Assembly (NCBI GenBank): GCA_964621595.1 | Contig: CAZUPO010000002.1 | Location: forward strand, 12,047-76,046 | Source of the DNA: an uncultured Candidatus Saccharibacteria bacterium | GTDB taxonomy: Bacteria; Patescibacteriota; Minisyncoccia; Phycocordibacterales; UBA5272 | DNA length: 64,000 nt | Direction of reading: 5' to 3' | Shown here: positions 1 through 9,824 of the stretch, one piece after another | Numbering within the stretch: position 1 is the first letter of the stretch | Layout: each line of letters begins with the position of its first letter | Position numbers and translations under genes: made by a program | The notes under the pieces: generated by a model | The model's input: the letters and a program-made list of their open reading frames with translations, nothing else | Told to the model about the DNA's origin: nothing | Databases searched by the model: none

Positions 1-441
1 TTGAACGATAACTTGCTTTGCTGTTTGTGCAGCAATACGACCAAAATCATCTTGGTTGTCGAGGGGGAAGATGATCTCTTCGCCAAGTTCAGCATTTTTC
101 TTCAACATCTTTGCGGTTGTAAGCAAAATATGTCTTTCTTCGTTGTAACGTGGAAGAAGTTCTTCTCCTTCTTGCGGCACGACTGCGGTCTCTGCACTTT
201 CTTCATCTTCTGTAACCATACGAACAGTACTTTCGTCAGCAACGATCTTTACTTGTTCAAATGTCGTTTCGCCTGTATCAAAATTAATATTACAGCGAAT
301 GATCTGTCCTCGCTTACCATATTCTTTTTGGTATGCGGCTGCGAGAGATTTTTCAACAGCATCAACTACCTTTTCATGAGAAATTTTCTTTTCTTGTTCG
401 AGTTGCTCGAGGGCAACTTTGAGAGCTTTAATATCTAACAT
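1..441 (-). CDS. nusA: Transcription termination/antitermination factor NusA, N-terminal part (runs off the window start; missing from the ORF track)
   Basis: Manual minus-strand translation from ATG at 441: MLDIKALKVALEQLEQEKKISHEKVVDAVEKSLAAAYQKEYG...DDFGRIAAQTAKQVIVQ; FGRIAAQTAKQV is the NusA signature. Confidence 0.95.
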   Translation of the reverse strand, partial: MLDIKALKVALEQLEQEKKISHEKVVDAVEKSLAAAYQKEYGKRGQIIRCNINFDTGETTFEQVKIVADESTVRMVTEDEESAETAVVPQEGEELLPRYNEERHILLTTAKMLKKNAELGEEIIFPLDNQDDFGRIAAQTAKQVIVQ

Positions 442-560
442 ACTTTTAGTTATTCGTAATGTAGTAATTCTTTGGTGAATTACGGTCAATTTTTTAATAA
501 AAATGGCCGGCCACAGGGCCGACACACAACAGAAACACACACATCCAAGACACGAAATAT

Positions 561-612
561 ATTATATCATAGATTTCCACACTTTGCAAGTGGCTCTCTG
601 GTCTGTTAGTAT
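561..612. promoter_or_regulatory. Back-to-back sigma70 promoters sharing a palindromic -35 (TTGCAA, 584-589)
   Basis: Minus: TTGCAA-17-TATAAT with TG extension, toward nusA. Plus: TTGCAA-17-TAGTAT with TG extension, toward ORF 685. Confidence 0.55.
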
Positions 613-684
613 TACTAATTGAGTAGCACCTTTAATCCTCCGAGAGATCACCTCGGAGCCCACCCCCCAAAGAAGGAGGTCGTG

Positions 685-1254
685 ATGTCGAGAAAAACGT
701 ACGAGGTGGCAATTCCCTTCTCGATCAATCACCCCTTCCAGGGTGAAATCGAGCGGTGCGTGTGGGATTTGCAACTGGTGGTGCAAAACACGCTATCGTT
801 GCAATGGTGGGAAATACCCCGCTCCCCGCATATCGCGTTCCTGCCGCCCTTTCAAGCGGAAAAGAAAGACATGAGGAAGCAGGTTCCGGTCTTTCGAAGT
901 CGCATGGCTGACTGGAAATTGCCCAAGGCGACGCTCGGTAACGTCTGGTTGTGGGCGGCAGGGGACGGAACAATGGAACTCGTTCTTGGCGTCACCATGG
1001 AGGAATCGTTCCTTCGCCACGCGCAAAGGATCTGCGCCGAGATGTGGGGGGTGGGGAAATATTTCAGCCCCCGTATCACGGTCGGGAGAGGACAAAGTAG
1101 CGGACTCTCGATCGAGGAAGTGAACGCGCGCTTGCAGGCCAATGGACTGGATGAAGTCTCGGCCAAGGTGGCCGGTGCCCGCTGTCTGGACATTCCGCTT
1201 CCGGAGGCCTGCGAGGTGTTGGAATCGGGCGGTGTGCTGGGGTTGACTTACTAA
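685..1254 (+). CDS. 2H-phosphoesterase (LigT/2'-5' RNA ligase)-like protein with degenerate motifs
   Basis: AAGGAGGT Shine-Dalgarno before ATG 685; PHIAFLPP and FSPRITVGR lie where the two HxT motifs of the 2H family are expected; GC-rich. Confidence 0.5.
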   Translation: MSRKTYEVAIPFSINHPFQGEIERCVWDLQLVVQNTLSLQWWEIPRSPHIAFLPPFQAEKKDMRKQVPVFRSRMADWKLPKATLGNVWLWAAGDGTMELVLGVTMEESFLRHAQRICAEMWGVGKYFSPRITVGRGQSSGLSIEEVNARLQANGLDEVSAKVAGARCLDIPLPEACEVLESGGVLGLTY

Positions 1255-1329
1255 ACCCCACCCCGCGGCATTTGATTCCAAACAAATAACAACCAATCTT
1301 GGGCGGATAGGAGGACCGCACCAAGATGT

Positions 1330-1360
1330 AATGGGCCGCGCAAGTGCGCGGCCCATTTTC
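1330..1360. terminator. Intrinsic terminator between convergent genes
   Basis: aatgggccgcgc-aagt-gcgcggcccatt perfect inverted repeat followed by T residues. Confidence 0.75.
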
Positions 1361-1386
1361 AAATATAAAAATTATTGAGAGTACTA

Positions 1387-2064
1387 TTATCCAACAACCA
1401 TCCCATCAGAGAGTTTGATGATGCGGTCGGCGAGTTTGCCATACTCTTCTTCGTGAGTCACCATGACAATGGTCAATCCTTCTTCTTTGTTTAATTTTTT
1501 AAAAATATCCATAACATTCCTTGAAGAGAAAGAATCGAGGTTGGCGGTTGGTTCGTCGGCAAATAAAATTTTTGGCTTGTGTGTTACAGCACGCGCAATC
1601 GACACTCGCTGCTGTTCTCCACCAGAGAGTTCTGATGGAAGATTATTTTGTCTGTGATCAAGATTAACACTTTTAAGAACTTCAAGCGCTCGAGTCTTGG
1701 CATGTTCCATAGTAATACCCTGCATAAGAAGAGGAACCATAATATTTTCAAGGGCGGTTAACTCCGGGAGCAACGAATAATCCTGGAAAACATATCCGAG
1801 TTCTGTAAGGCGGTAGTGTGTTTTCTCTTCATTGTTAAGGCGATCCACGATACGACCACTTAATTTAATAGAACCTGAGGTTGGAGTATCTAGAAGTGAC
1901 ATTTGATACATGAGTGTAGACTTACCAGCACCTGAACGTCCCATGATTGCAACAAATTCACCCTCTTCGACAGTAAGTGATATTCCCTTCAAAACCTGTG
2001 CGACCTCTGTGCCGTCGGTAAAACTTTTTGTTAACTCATGGACTTCGATAATGTGTTTTTTCAT
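1387..2064 (-). CDS. ABC transporter ATP-binding protein (MacB/LolD family)
   Basis: Walker A GRSGAGKST, signature LSGGEQQRV, Walker B ILFADEPT, VTH switch. Confidence 0.95.
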   Translation of the reverse strand: MKKHIIEVHELTKSFTDGTEVAQVLKGISLTVEEGEFVAIMGRSGAGKSTLMYQMSLLDTPTSGSIKLSGRIVDRLNNEEKTHYRLTELGYVFQDYSLLPELTALENIMVPLLMQGITMEHAKTRALEVLKSVNLDHRQNNLPSELSGGEQQRVSIARAVTHKPKILFADEPTANLDSFSSRNVMDIFKKLNKEEGLTIVMVTHEEEYGKLADRIIKLSDGMVVG

Positions 2065-2073
2065 ATAGATGTT

Positions 2074-3402
2074 TTAATCATTTCTACCAAGAATTGCGTT
2101 TAGGGTGTTCTTGCTTACGATGAGTCGTGCTGGTAAATACCCTGCAAGAACAGACACGCCGAGCACCAAGATAAATTTAATGGCGACCGAGAGAGGTTCC
2201 GCAACGAGCACAATACTTGCAAAAGGAGTATCGATTGGGTATCGGTCAATAAGTGGTTTTAGGAATGCAAATATAAACACAAGAGCACAGAGTGAACCTA
2301 TCACAACATAAAATAATGCTTGGCAGATATAACTAAACTCAATAGCGAATTCAGTTACACCTATACCTTTCATAATCCCGATTTGTCTACGACGGGTAAG
2401 TGCATTGATGTAAATAATAATAAAGATGGTGATAAGAGCAACCACAACAGAGACAGAACCAAGGATTGTGCCTATAATATTAAAAAATAATTTTATGTTA
2501 ACCAAAAACTCTGGCGCCCCTTCTTCGGCAGTATTTATTTTTGCATACTGAGAAAATCCATTATTTACCAGTGGCATTTTTATAATGTACGGATCAACAC
2601 CTGGTTTTACGCGAATGGCTATCTCGGAAACGTCTCCATCACTTTTTCCTAGCATCTTTTTTAATTCACTATCGAGAATGTACGCACGTGATGCCACGAA
2701 GGCGACTTTTGAATCTATAATTCCTCGTACAATGAAGTCTTGTGTAACGGAAGAACTTTCATCAAGTGTTGTTTCTAATTCTCGACCAGGATTACCGGGG
2801 GTAAACGCAGCTTTCGCACGTGAAACCGTTACGCGAACTGTGCTGCCTGGCTTTACGTCTCGAAGAAGCGACACAAGATCCGCAACGCGAGAGTACTTTT
2901 GGAGATATGCGGAGCCAAGCACAATCCCGCGCGCGTCTCCTTCTTTCAACCACTCACCCTCAACAACAGCACCTGAGAGGCGTGTTGTTGACTCTTCGGA
3001 CACAGGGTCGACACCAGCAATTTGATTACTAACCACGTTGGCGTCTTCTTCGCTTCTTTTTTCCCACCAATTTGCTTCTATTTTTGCTCCGGCAACTATT
3101 CGTTTACTGAAACTCTCTACTTCTTGAAATGATGAGAGCAGACTCGTAATATCTCCGGTTCTCTCTATATAGTTCTTTTCATTTCTGTTGTTAATGAACA
3201 AATCCCCGGTCCACTGCTCTTTGAACGCACGAGATGATCCTTCGATAATACCAACAAGGAACCCACTCGTTGCAACCAGATTAAAAAAGGTAAGCATCAT
3301 GATAAACACGATGAGTCCTGTTGTCCATTTACTGGTACGTAACACCTGGCGAATGGCTAAGAAAAAGCCGAGTCTGATTGTATTTTTAGTTCGAGAGAAC
3401 AT
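2074..3402 (-). CDS. ABC transporter permease (MacB/FtsX family)
   Basis: One N-terminal TM, large extracytoplasmic domain, three C-terminal TMs, RRRQIGIMKGIG and GYLPAR motifs. Confidence 0.9.
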   Translation of the reverse strand: MFSRTKNTIRLGFFLAIRQVLRTSKWTTGLIVFIMMLTFFNLVATSGFLVGIIEGSSRAFKEQWTGDLFINNRNEKNYIERTGDITSLLSSFQEVESFSKRIVAGAKIEANWWEKRSEEDANVVSNQIAGVDPVSEESTTRLSGAVVEGEWLKEGDARGIVLGSAYLQKYSRVADLVSLLRDVKPGSTVRVTVSRAKAAFTPGNPGRELETTLDESSSVTQDFIVRGIIDSKVAFVASRAYILDSELKKMLGKSDGDVSEIAIRVKPGVDPYIIKMPLVNNGFSQYAKINTAEEGAPEFLVNIKLFFNIIGTILGSVSVVVALITIFIIIYINALTRRRQIGIMKGIGVTEFAIEFSYICQALFYVVIGSLCALVFIFAFLKPLIDRYPIDTPFASIVLVAEPLSVAIKFILVLGVSVLAGYLPARLIVSKNTLNAILGRND

Positions 3403-3472
3403 GCAAGATATACAGAGTATACCAGCAAGAAGCCTTACAACCCCCGTTCACTCATAACCACTGTGTGGAAAA

Positions 3473-5095
3473 TTAGTTTTCCTTTTGTGCAGCGCGAGTA
3501 CCAATCTCCGGCATAAGAAGAACGTCCCCTGGTTTGAGCCCTCCTGTTATTTCAATGAGACCATCTGCGCCCCTCATACCGAGTGATACGGATTGAATAA
3601 CTTCTCGTTTATCGTCTTGGAGAATAACAGATCCGAAAGTATCGTTTGTTGTTGTAACAAAACGAGCGGGAACAGCAATGGCGGAAACTTTTGACTGGGT
3701 CACAATGTTTACGTTTGCAGTCATGCCAGACTTGATACGATCATCGTGTTCCTTGAATGTTATGGTCACTTTATACATCGGAACCGTTCCTTCTGTGGTT
3801 GCTGTTGGAGAAATACGAGTAACGGTCGCTGGGAAAACTGAACCCTTTCCGTACGCATCAAGGGTTACCTCTACTTCGCTTCCCTGTATAACTTTTACTA
3901 TATCAATCTCAGGTACTTTTGCTTCTATTTCAAAAGCGTCTGCCCCAATCATGGTAATGACAGTTTTACCAAGTGTTGCTGTTTCTCCTTCTGTAGCAGA
4001 GACATCACCAATAATACCGTCAAACGGTGCTACTATTTTTGTTTTTGAAAATGCCTGGCGCGCTTGCATAAGATTCGCCTCGTATTGTGTAACGACGGCT
4101 GCTTGGGCTTTTATTTTGTATGGATCGGTACCAGCCTTTGTGAGATCAAGGTCTCGCGCTGCTTGCGTATACGTATTTTTCGCCGTTGTGAGGGAGGTTC
4201 GTTTGGTACTAAGATCAGAGAACAATGTTGTCATTGTCGTGCGAACTGTTGAAAGGGTTGTACGATACGTATCGAGTGAACTATTTTGCACACTACACGC
4301 AGTAAGAAGAAGATTAGAGATATTACCAATAAGGGCATTAGTTTGTACTGTGGCGTTGTAACCCTCCTCAATAACCGCATCAATTGAGTCACGGGTAGAG
4401 ATGGTAGTGATTGTTGAACTTTTTTTCTGATATGAAGCAAGGATGTTTTCTATATCTGTTCTTCCTTTTTCTATAACGGATTGAAGTGACTGATCACAAG
4501 AAGTAAACGAGAGTACATAGTGATCTCCCTGACTAATAAAAAGTCCCGCCAACTTATTCTTGAGCACATCTCCGGTTGTTGCTTCAACATTACGAATCAC
4601 GTCAGGAATAACAAGATAGGTTTGATCGAGTGAATCCTTTGCGTTTTGATATGTCTGCTCTTTGATGGCAATCTCTTCTTTGCGTGGTCCTTCTTTGAGT
4701 TGATCTAGCGTGATGTTCGCATTAGCAAGCACAGCCTCCGCTGAGAGAACTGCCGCCTCTTGGTCTCCTGAAGAAAGACTTGCTAAGGTTTGATTCTGAC
4801 GAACACGATCTCCTGTTTTTACAAAGACTTTTGAGATGGTTCCGGATGTCTGAAAGGAGAGGGAGGCATCTTTGGAAGACTGTACACTTCCAGAGACTTG
4901 AACATACTGCTTAATTGGGATCATGGAAACTGTATAACTTTCTTTTTCTTTCTTGTGTGTGCCCATATAGGCGAAAAATGCTACCGCAACGACGCACGCA
5001 AGGAGCGCAGCGTATCTCCCTGATTTATGAGAAATATGGTACAGGGCGCCGTGTAAAAAACGTACGTGCTTATGAGCACTTTTCAATGAATCCAT
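3473..5095 (-). CDS. Efflux membrane-fusion protein (MacA/HlyD family) with long helical hairpin
   Basis: N-terminal TM, lipoyl half motifs VKTGDRV and IVAPFDG, IKSGMTANV, EITGGLKPGD; next to ABC genes. Confidence 0.88.
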   Translation of the reverse strand: MDSLKSAHKHVRFLHGALYHISHKSGRYAALLACVVAVAFFAYMGTHKKEKESYTVSMIPIKQYVQVSGSVQSSKDASLSFQTSGTISKVFVKTGDRVRQNQTLASLSSGDQEAAVLSAEAVLANANITLDQLKEGPRKEEIAIKEQTYQNAKDSLDQTYLVIPDVIRNVEATTGDVLKNKLAGLFISQGDHYVLSFTSCDQSLQSVIEKGRTDIENILASYQKKSSTITTISTRDSIDAVIEEGYNATVQTNALIGNISNLLLTACSVQNSSLDTYRTTLSTVRTTMTTLFSDLSTKRTSLTTAKNTYTQAARDLDLTKAGTDPYKIKAQAAVVTQYEANLMQARQAFSKTKIVAPFDGIIGDVSATEGETATLGKTVITMIGADAFEIEAKVPEIDIVKVIQGSEVEVTLDAYGKGSVFPATVTRISPTATTEGTVPMYKVTITFKEHDDRIKSGMTANVNIVTQSKVSAIAVPARFVTTTNDTFGSVILQDDKREVIQSVSLGMRGADGLIEITGGLKPGDVLLMPEIGTRAAQKEN

Positions 5096-5173
5096 GCATG
5101 GAAGTGTATCACGTTTGAACTCTTAGCCCCTGAGGATAGTGACGCCTGTGATATACTTCATTGAAGAAATTTT

Positions 5174-5947
5174 ATGGCAAAATTCACATCACCTCTTATA
5201 GTCGGCAACTGGAAGACAACACCAGACACACTCGCAAGTGCAGTAAAGTTCGTAAAGCAACTTGAACGAAAGTGCCTAACACTTGGTAAAAAAGTTCCAA
5301 AGAAATGTTACTTTATTGCAACACCTGATATTTTTATACCCCATCTTGCACCACTTGCTAAACATGGCTACATTGGATCACAAAATGTTTCTGGCATAAC
5401 GCTCGGTCAAGAAACTGGGTTTACAATTCCTTCTCAGTTACTTTCCGGTGGTGCGGCCTTTACAATTATTGGTCACAGTGAGGTGCGAAAACGGGGTGAA
5501 CATACTGAAGACCGAGCAAAAAAACTTTGTCTTTCTTTGCAAGCAAAACTTCCGACAATACTCTGTGTTGGTGAAAAGGTGCGGGATAAGCATGGCAACT
5601 ACCTCCAAGAGTTAGAGGAAGATCTCAAACGATCTCTTGCGTTGGTAGAGCGAAGATTTTTTGAAAATCTTATTATTGCATATGAACCAATTTGGGCCAT
5701 TGGTGGGAAGGTGCCCGCAACACAAGCAGAATGTTTTGAGGTTGTCATCGCAATACGCCGAGCACTTGCCTCTCTTTCTGGAATTGATCATGCAAAAAAA
5801 ATAAAGATTCTCTACGGAGGAACCGTGAAAAAAGACAACGCTAGATCGTTCCTTGAAGAGGGCGGGGTTGATGGTTTGCTCATTGGTAGATCCTCCCAAG
5901 AAGTCTCATCCTTTGTGGAAATTATTAGTTCTTGTTACTCTTCTTAG
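5174..5947 (+). CDS. tpiA: Triosephosphate isomerase
   Basis: GNWK, IGHSE, AYEPIWAIG, LYGG, DGLLIG motifs. Confidence 0.95.
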   Translation: MAKFTSPLIVGNWKTTPDTLASAVKFVKQLERKCLTLGKKVPKKCYFIATPDIFIPHLAPLAKHGYIGSQNVSGITLGQETGFTIPSQLLSGGAAFTIIGHSEVRKRGEHTEDRAKKLCLSLQAKLPTILCVGEKVRDKHGNYLQELEEDLKRSLALVERRFFENLIIAYEPIWAIGGKVPATQAECFEVVIAIRRALASLSGIDHAKKIKILYGGTVKKDNARSFLEEGGVDGLLIGRSSQEVSSFVEIISSCYSS

Positions 5948-5987
5948 GTACTAGTCTTACATTTTTAATACGCACCACACCAAAACT

Positions 5988-7115
5988 ATGAATACAACCT
6001 GGCGATCACATCAAGCACCTGATCCAAAAGATCTGCACGACAAAAGGGTACTGATTCGACTTGATTGGAATATGCCAGTTACAAATGGTGAGATCACAGA
6101 TTTGAGCCGTTTCGATGTAACAGTTCCTTACTTAAAAGAACTTGCGTTTGCTGGCGCGAAGATTATAATCATGACCCACTTTGGGGAAAAGGGTGAGTCG
6201 CTGAAAGTTATTGCTGATCACGCCAAAAAAGAGTTGCCTTTCATTTCTTTCACCGAATCACAACAGTTCGACGAACTAGAAAAACTTTCTCGAGATCTTC
6301 CTCGTGGCGAAGCTCTTTTGCTTGATAATGTTCGGTTATTCAAGGGAGAAACAGACAACCTTCCTTCTCTTGCACAATCGTTTGCAAACTTAGGTGATGT
6401 GTTTATCAACAATGCATTTTCTGTATCGCACAGATCTCATGCAAGTGTTGAGGGTGTCGCAAGAAAAATGGCTTCATACTTTGGTCCTACGTTTATGAGA
6501 GAACTTGAAAACCTCACCAAGGCGCTTGCTCCTGTAAAACCCGCGATCCTTGTTGTCGGTGGAGCAAAAATTTCGACAAAATTAGATCTTATCAAACAGT
6601 ATCTTGATCAGGGTGTGCAAGTGTTCGTTGGTGGAGCTATGGTACATAATATTTGGAAAGAACGTGGTCTTGAGATTGGGAAAAGTTTATACGACCCTTC
6701 ATATAAACTCGCTGAGTCTTTCGTGCGACACCCCATGCTTCTAACCCCGGTGGATGTAGTGCTCGCGGATGGTAGTACGTGTGATTTTGATAAAATTCCA
6801 ACTGATGGTGTGGTGGTTGATTGTGGTAATAAAACAGTTGCCATGCTTGAACAAATCATGAAAGATGCAAAGACTGTTATAGCAAACGGTCCGCTTGGGC
6901 TTTATGAGAAGGGTTGGCTTCATGGGAGTGAACAGATCCTTACAAACTTATCTAATTTACCCGTTGATTCTTATATAGGCGGAGGAGATACCGTATCCGT
7001 TGCTCACTCTCTTCATCTTTTAAAAAAGTTTACATTTGTCTCTCTTGGTGGGGGGGCGATGCTTGATTTTCTTGCTTCTGGTACACTTCCTGGCATAGAT
7101 GCTGTCACAAAATAA
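5988..7115 (+). CDS. pgk: Phosphoglycerate kinase
   Basis: RLDWNMP, AFSVSHRSHAS, GGAKISTK, GGGDT, SLGGGAML..LPG motifs. Confidence 0.95.
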   Translation: MNTTWRSHQAPDPKDLHDKRVLIRLDWNMPVTNGEITDLSRFDVTVPYLKELAFAGAKIIIMTHFGEKGESLKVIADHAKKELPFISFTESQQFDELEKLSRDLPRGEALLLDNVRLFKGETDNLPSLAQSFANLGDVFINNAFSVSHRSHASVEGVARKMASYFGPTFMRELENLTKALAPVKPAILVVGGAKISTKLDLIKQYLDQGVQVFVGGAMVHNIWKERGLEIGKSLYDPSYKLAESFVRHPMLLTPVDVVLADGSTCDFDKIPTDGVVVDCGNKTVAMLEQIMKDAKTVIANGPLGLYEKGWLHGSEQILTNLSNLPVDSYIGGGDTVSVAHSLHLLKKFTFVSLGGGAMLDFLASGTLPGIDAVTK

Positions 7116-7680
7116 AGACTCGTCGGTTATATCTTCTGTAGGGGATGCTGTTGCCCTTAAAAACCTCATTATACAAGCCAAATCTGGTAATAAAGAGGCG
7201 TTTGGTGGCGTCTACTCCATGCTCTACAAACCGCTCTATAGATATGCCTTCTCCCGATCACGGTCAAAGGAGTTGGCAGAAGACATTTCTCAGCAAACGT
7301 TCCTTCGTTTTTACGAAGCACTTCCCGGATATAAACACGAGACGTCTCCGCTTGCCTATCTCTTCACCATTGCAAAGCGACTCCTCATCAATCATGCAGA
7401 AAAGAAAACTTTTTCTTCGATTGATGAGTATCTGATTGAAGAACTTCCTGCGCAAGACGACATTCTCGAGGAAGAGCATGTGCGGATACTCGCGGAGAAC
7501 ATAAATGATCTTTTGCCAAAACTTCAACCCGATGAAGAAGAAGTAATCAGACTCTTTTTCTACGCAGAACTTTCGTACAAAGAGATAAGTGCTGTTATGG
7601 ATCGTGAAGAAGTGTATCTCCGCAAGATAAAGGAGCGTGCACTCAAGAAATTGCGCATACTATCTCGTCATCTTCTATGA
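7099..7680 (+). CDS. ECF-type RNA polymerase sigma factor
   Basis: Region 2 AEDISQQTFLR...YLFTIAKR; region 4 LSYKEISAVM...RALKKLR. Confidence 0.9.
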   Translation: MLSQNKDSSVISSVGDAVALKNLIIQAKSGNKEAFGGVYSMLYKPLYRYAFSRSRSKELAEDISQQTFLRFYEALPGYKHETSPLAYLFTIAKRLLINHAEKKTFSSIDEYLIEELPAQDDILEEEHVRILAENINDLLPKLQPDEEEVIRLFFYAELSYKEISAVMDREEVYLRKIKERALKKLRILSRHLL

Positions 7681-8012
7681 CAAAAACCCCACATCAAAAA
7701 ACAATAGAGCAAGCGCTTCACATGTATAAGGAGACCGTATCGCCCTCCGAAAAAAATCTTCAAGTACTTTTGTCTCAAATACCAGAGCAACACAATCACG
7801 AAGTGCGGCGAGCGGTACGCTCCCCTTATATATGGGTTACTATTACTCAAGTGGTTACTGTTTTTGCCATTGTGCTTGTTTTCTTGCCTTCGTATACAAC
7901 ACCTTCATATGAACGAGATCCATTTTATACAATTGATACTCAAGTAGACTCTTTTGAACAAGGGTTAGACACCGAGGACGCAATTCGCAGTTTGGAAGAT
8001 GTTGCTTTATAA
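7677..8012 (+). CDS. Single-TM protein, probable anti-sigma factor
   Basis: ATGA overlap with the sigma gene; central TM segment. Confidence 0.6.
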   Translation: MTKTPHQKTIEQALHMYKETVSPSEKNLQVLLSQIPEQHNHEVRRAVRSPYIWVTITQVVTVFAIVLVFLPSYTTPSYERDPFYTIDTQVDSFEQGLDTEDAIRSLEDVAL

Positions 8013-8029
8013 TACATACTACTAACCCT

Positions 8030-8566
8030 ATGAAACCACTCCTTATACCATTCGTTACTGCGGCCCTGCTTCTGCCAATATGTACCTTTGCACAAACGGC
8101 AAGCACCACTCCGGTGGTCACTAAGAACCAGTCTTTTGTGGATTGTTCTGAGAAAGCAATAGACGCTCGGGACGAATCAATAAAAACTGCGCGGAATCTC
8201 TATAACAAAGAAATGGAGAAAGCGATGATCATAAGAAAAGATTCAGAGAAAAAAATTCTTCTCATTGAAAATGACGCGGATAAGAAGGTTGCACTTAGGA
8301 AAGCGGTCGAGGAATATAAACGCACAGTCACAGAAAACCAGGGCAATCTCAAGGAATCACGCGAGTTAATTTGGGCTGCTTTTGATAAAACAATAGAGCA
8401 ATGCCGTACCCAAAGAAAAAATGCTCAGAAATCAGAGGTTTCTATAAAAAAACAGGTGGAGCAAAAAAGTATTTCTCAAGAGGGGCGGGCAGAGGAGAAG
8501 GAAAGCAGGGGGGCTTCATTAATTAATTCGATTAAACAAACATTCGGAGCAACTCGTGGACATTGA
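8030..8566 (+). CDS. Exported coiled-coil hypothetical protein
   Basis: Signal peptide ending TFA; K/E-rich helical body bracketed by two Cys. Confidence 0.7.
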   Translation: MKPLLIPFVTAALLLPICTFAQTASTTPVVTKNQSFVDCSEKAIDARDESIKTARNLYNKEMEKAMIIRKDSEKKILLIENDADKKVALRKAVEEYKRTVTENQGNLKESRELIWAAFDKTIEQCRTQRKNAQKSEVSIKKQVEQKSISQEGRAEEKESRGASLINSIKQTFGATRGH

Positions 8567-8598
8567 TACGCTTGGCCACATGATATACTTTTTCTACT

Positions 8599-9000
8599 AT
8601 GAATAAAGTTAATCTTGTTGTGGCTGTTGTAATTTCTTCCTTATTTATTACACATGCCGCCACCTACAATAAAGAACTCTACACACAATGTGAGCGTGTC
8701 GCGCACGAGAAAAAAAATTCTCTCTTAGCAAAAGGGCTGAAAGACTACACTAAACGAAGCGAGGAGATTCGTCGCAAGGCGGCCACGAAGTTTACCTCTA
8801 TCAGTTGGTACGTAGACACCTCATATCGCCTGAATTCAAAACAGATTCTCGACGCCAGAAAGAAAGAATATGACGAACTAGACGCAACAATGAAGGAGTT
8901 GCGAAAAGGGGTTAACGAAACGTACAAAGCAGAAGAGGCGCTGTGTGAACTAAACTTTTTACAAAAGGATACAACGACAAAAACTTCTTCCCCGAAATAG
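8599..9000 (+). CDS. Exported helical hypothetical protein
   Basis: Signal peptide ending THA; helical body bracketed by two Cys. Confidence 0.7.
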   Translation: MNKVNLVVAVVISSLFITHAATYNKELYTQCERVAHEKKNSLLAKGLKDYTKRSEEIRRKAATKFTSISWYVDTSYRLNSKQILDARKKEYDELDATMKELRKGVNETYKAEEALCELNFLQKDTTTKTSSPK

Positions 9001-9005
9001 AACTC

Positions 9006-9824
9006 TTAAGATTTTTTTACTAGTTCTTTCTTTTCAATCATTTCTCGTATTCTCTTGTTGGCATCAACCTTTACACCATGGTCTTTTATAAATGAATACA
9101 TCGCGAGTATCATTTTTTGAATATCACTGTGTCGTATTTCTATGACGAGCTGATCGTCGAGTGCCAAAAGATACAGCGAATCCTTAAAAGCAAATATTTG
9201 CCCTGAGTGGTTAAAATATTTCTTATCAGCATACACGGTGGAACTTGTTCTTCCTTCATAGTCCCTTGCCCACTCATCGCCGAGTGCATTAAAATGATCT
9301 TCTAACCACCCCATAGGAACGATAAGTTCTGTTATAAGAGAATTCTTTTTAATTATTCTGTTTGTTTCGTTAATTTCTTCTTGGGTAAATGTTGCAAGCC
9401 AACTCTCAAGAGGTGTCACGTCGGTGAGCGCAAGGAATCGTTCTTGCTTGTGGGCCATAAACATCGTAAAAAATATTTTTCTTACTGCCTCTTTTCCTCG
9501 ATGTACTACAATTGTGCTGTCTTCTACTCCAACAACCTCTTCACGCCCATCACTTAACTGTAAAAGTGACTTTTTTAATTCATAAAGTGTTTCTGCTAAT
9601 TCTTTACTGTTTGTAAAATGCCAAGACTTTTTTCCTTCAAGGATTCGTGAGTCCGCAATTCCTCTCTTTTTAAGTTTTTGTAAAATAACATACACGGCTG
9701 GTCTTGTAACCTTTGTATGTCTAGCAATGGAAAGGGGTGTAATGTGCCCCTTTTGTAGCGCCTCAAGTACTTTTTGTTCTTTGTTAGATAAACCTAGTAT
9801 GTGTAACTTTTTTTGTATTTCCAT
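9006..9824 (-). CDS. TrmB-family transcriptional regulator
   Basis: LGLSNKEQKV...IARHTKVTRPAVYVILQKLKKRG winged HTH plus C-terminal effector domain (HRGKEAV). Confidence 0.85.
   Translation of the reverse strand: MEIQKKLHILGLSNKEQKVLEALQKGHITPLSIARHTKVTRPAVYVILQKLKKRGIADSRILEGKKSWHFTNSKELAETLYELKKSLLQLSDGREEVVGVEDSTIVVHRGKEAVRKIFFTMFMAHKQERFLALTDVTPLESWLATFTQEEINETNRIIKKNSLITELIVPMGWLEDHFNALGDEWARDYEGRTSSTVYADKKYFNHSGQIFAFKDSLYLLALDDQLVIEIRHSDIQKMILAMYSFIKDHGVKVDANKRIREMIEKKELVKKS

Noticed and set aside
1-438. 145-aa plus-strand ORF in the track
   Set aside because: Antisense shadow of nusA, which is clearly encoded on the minus strand
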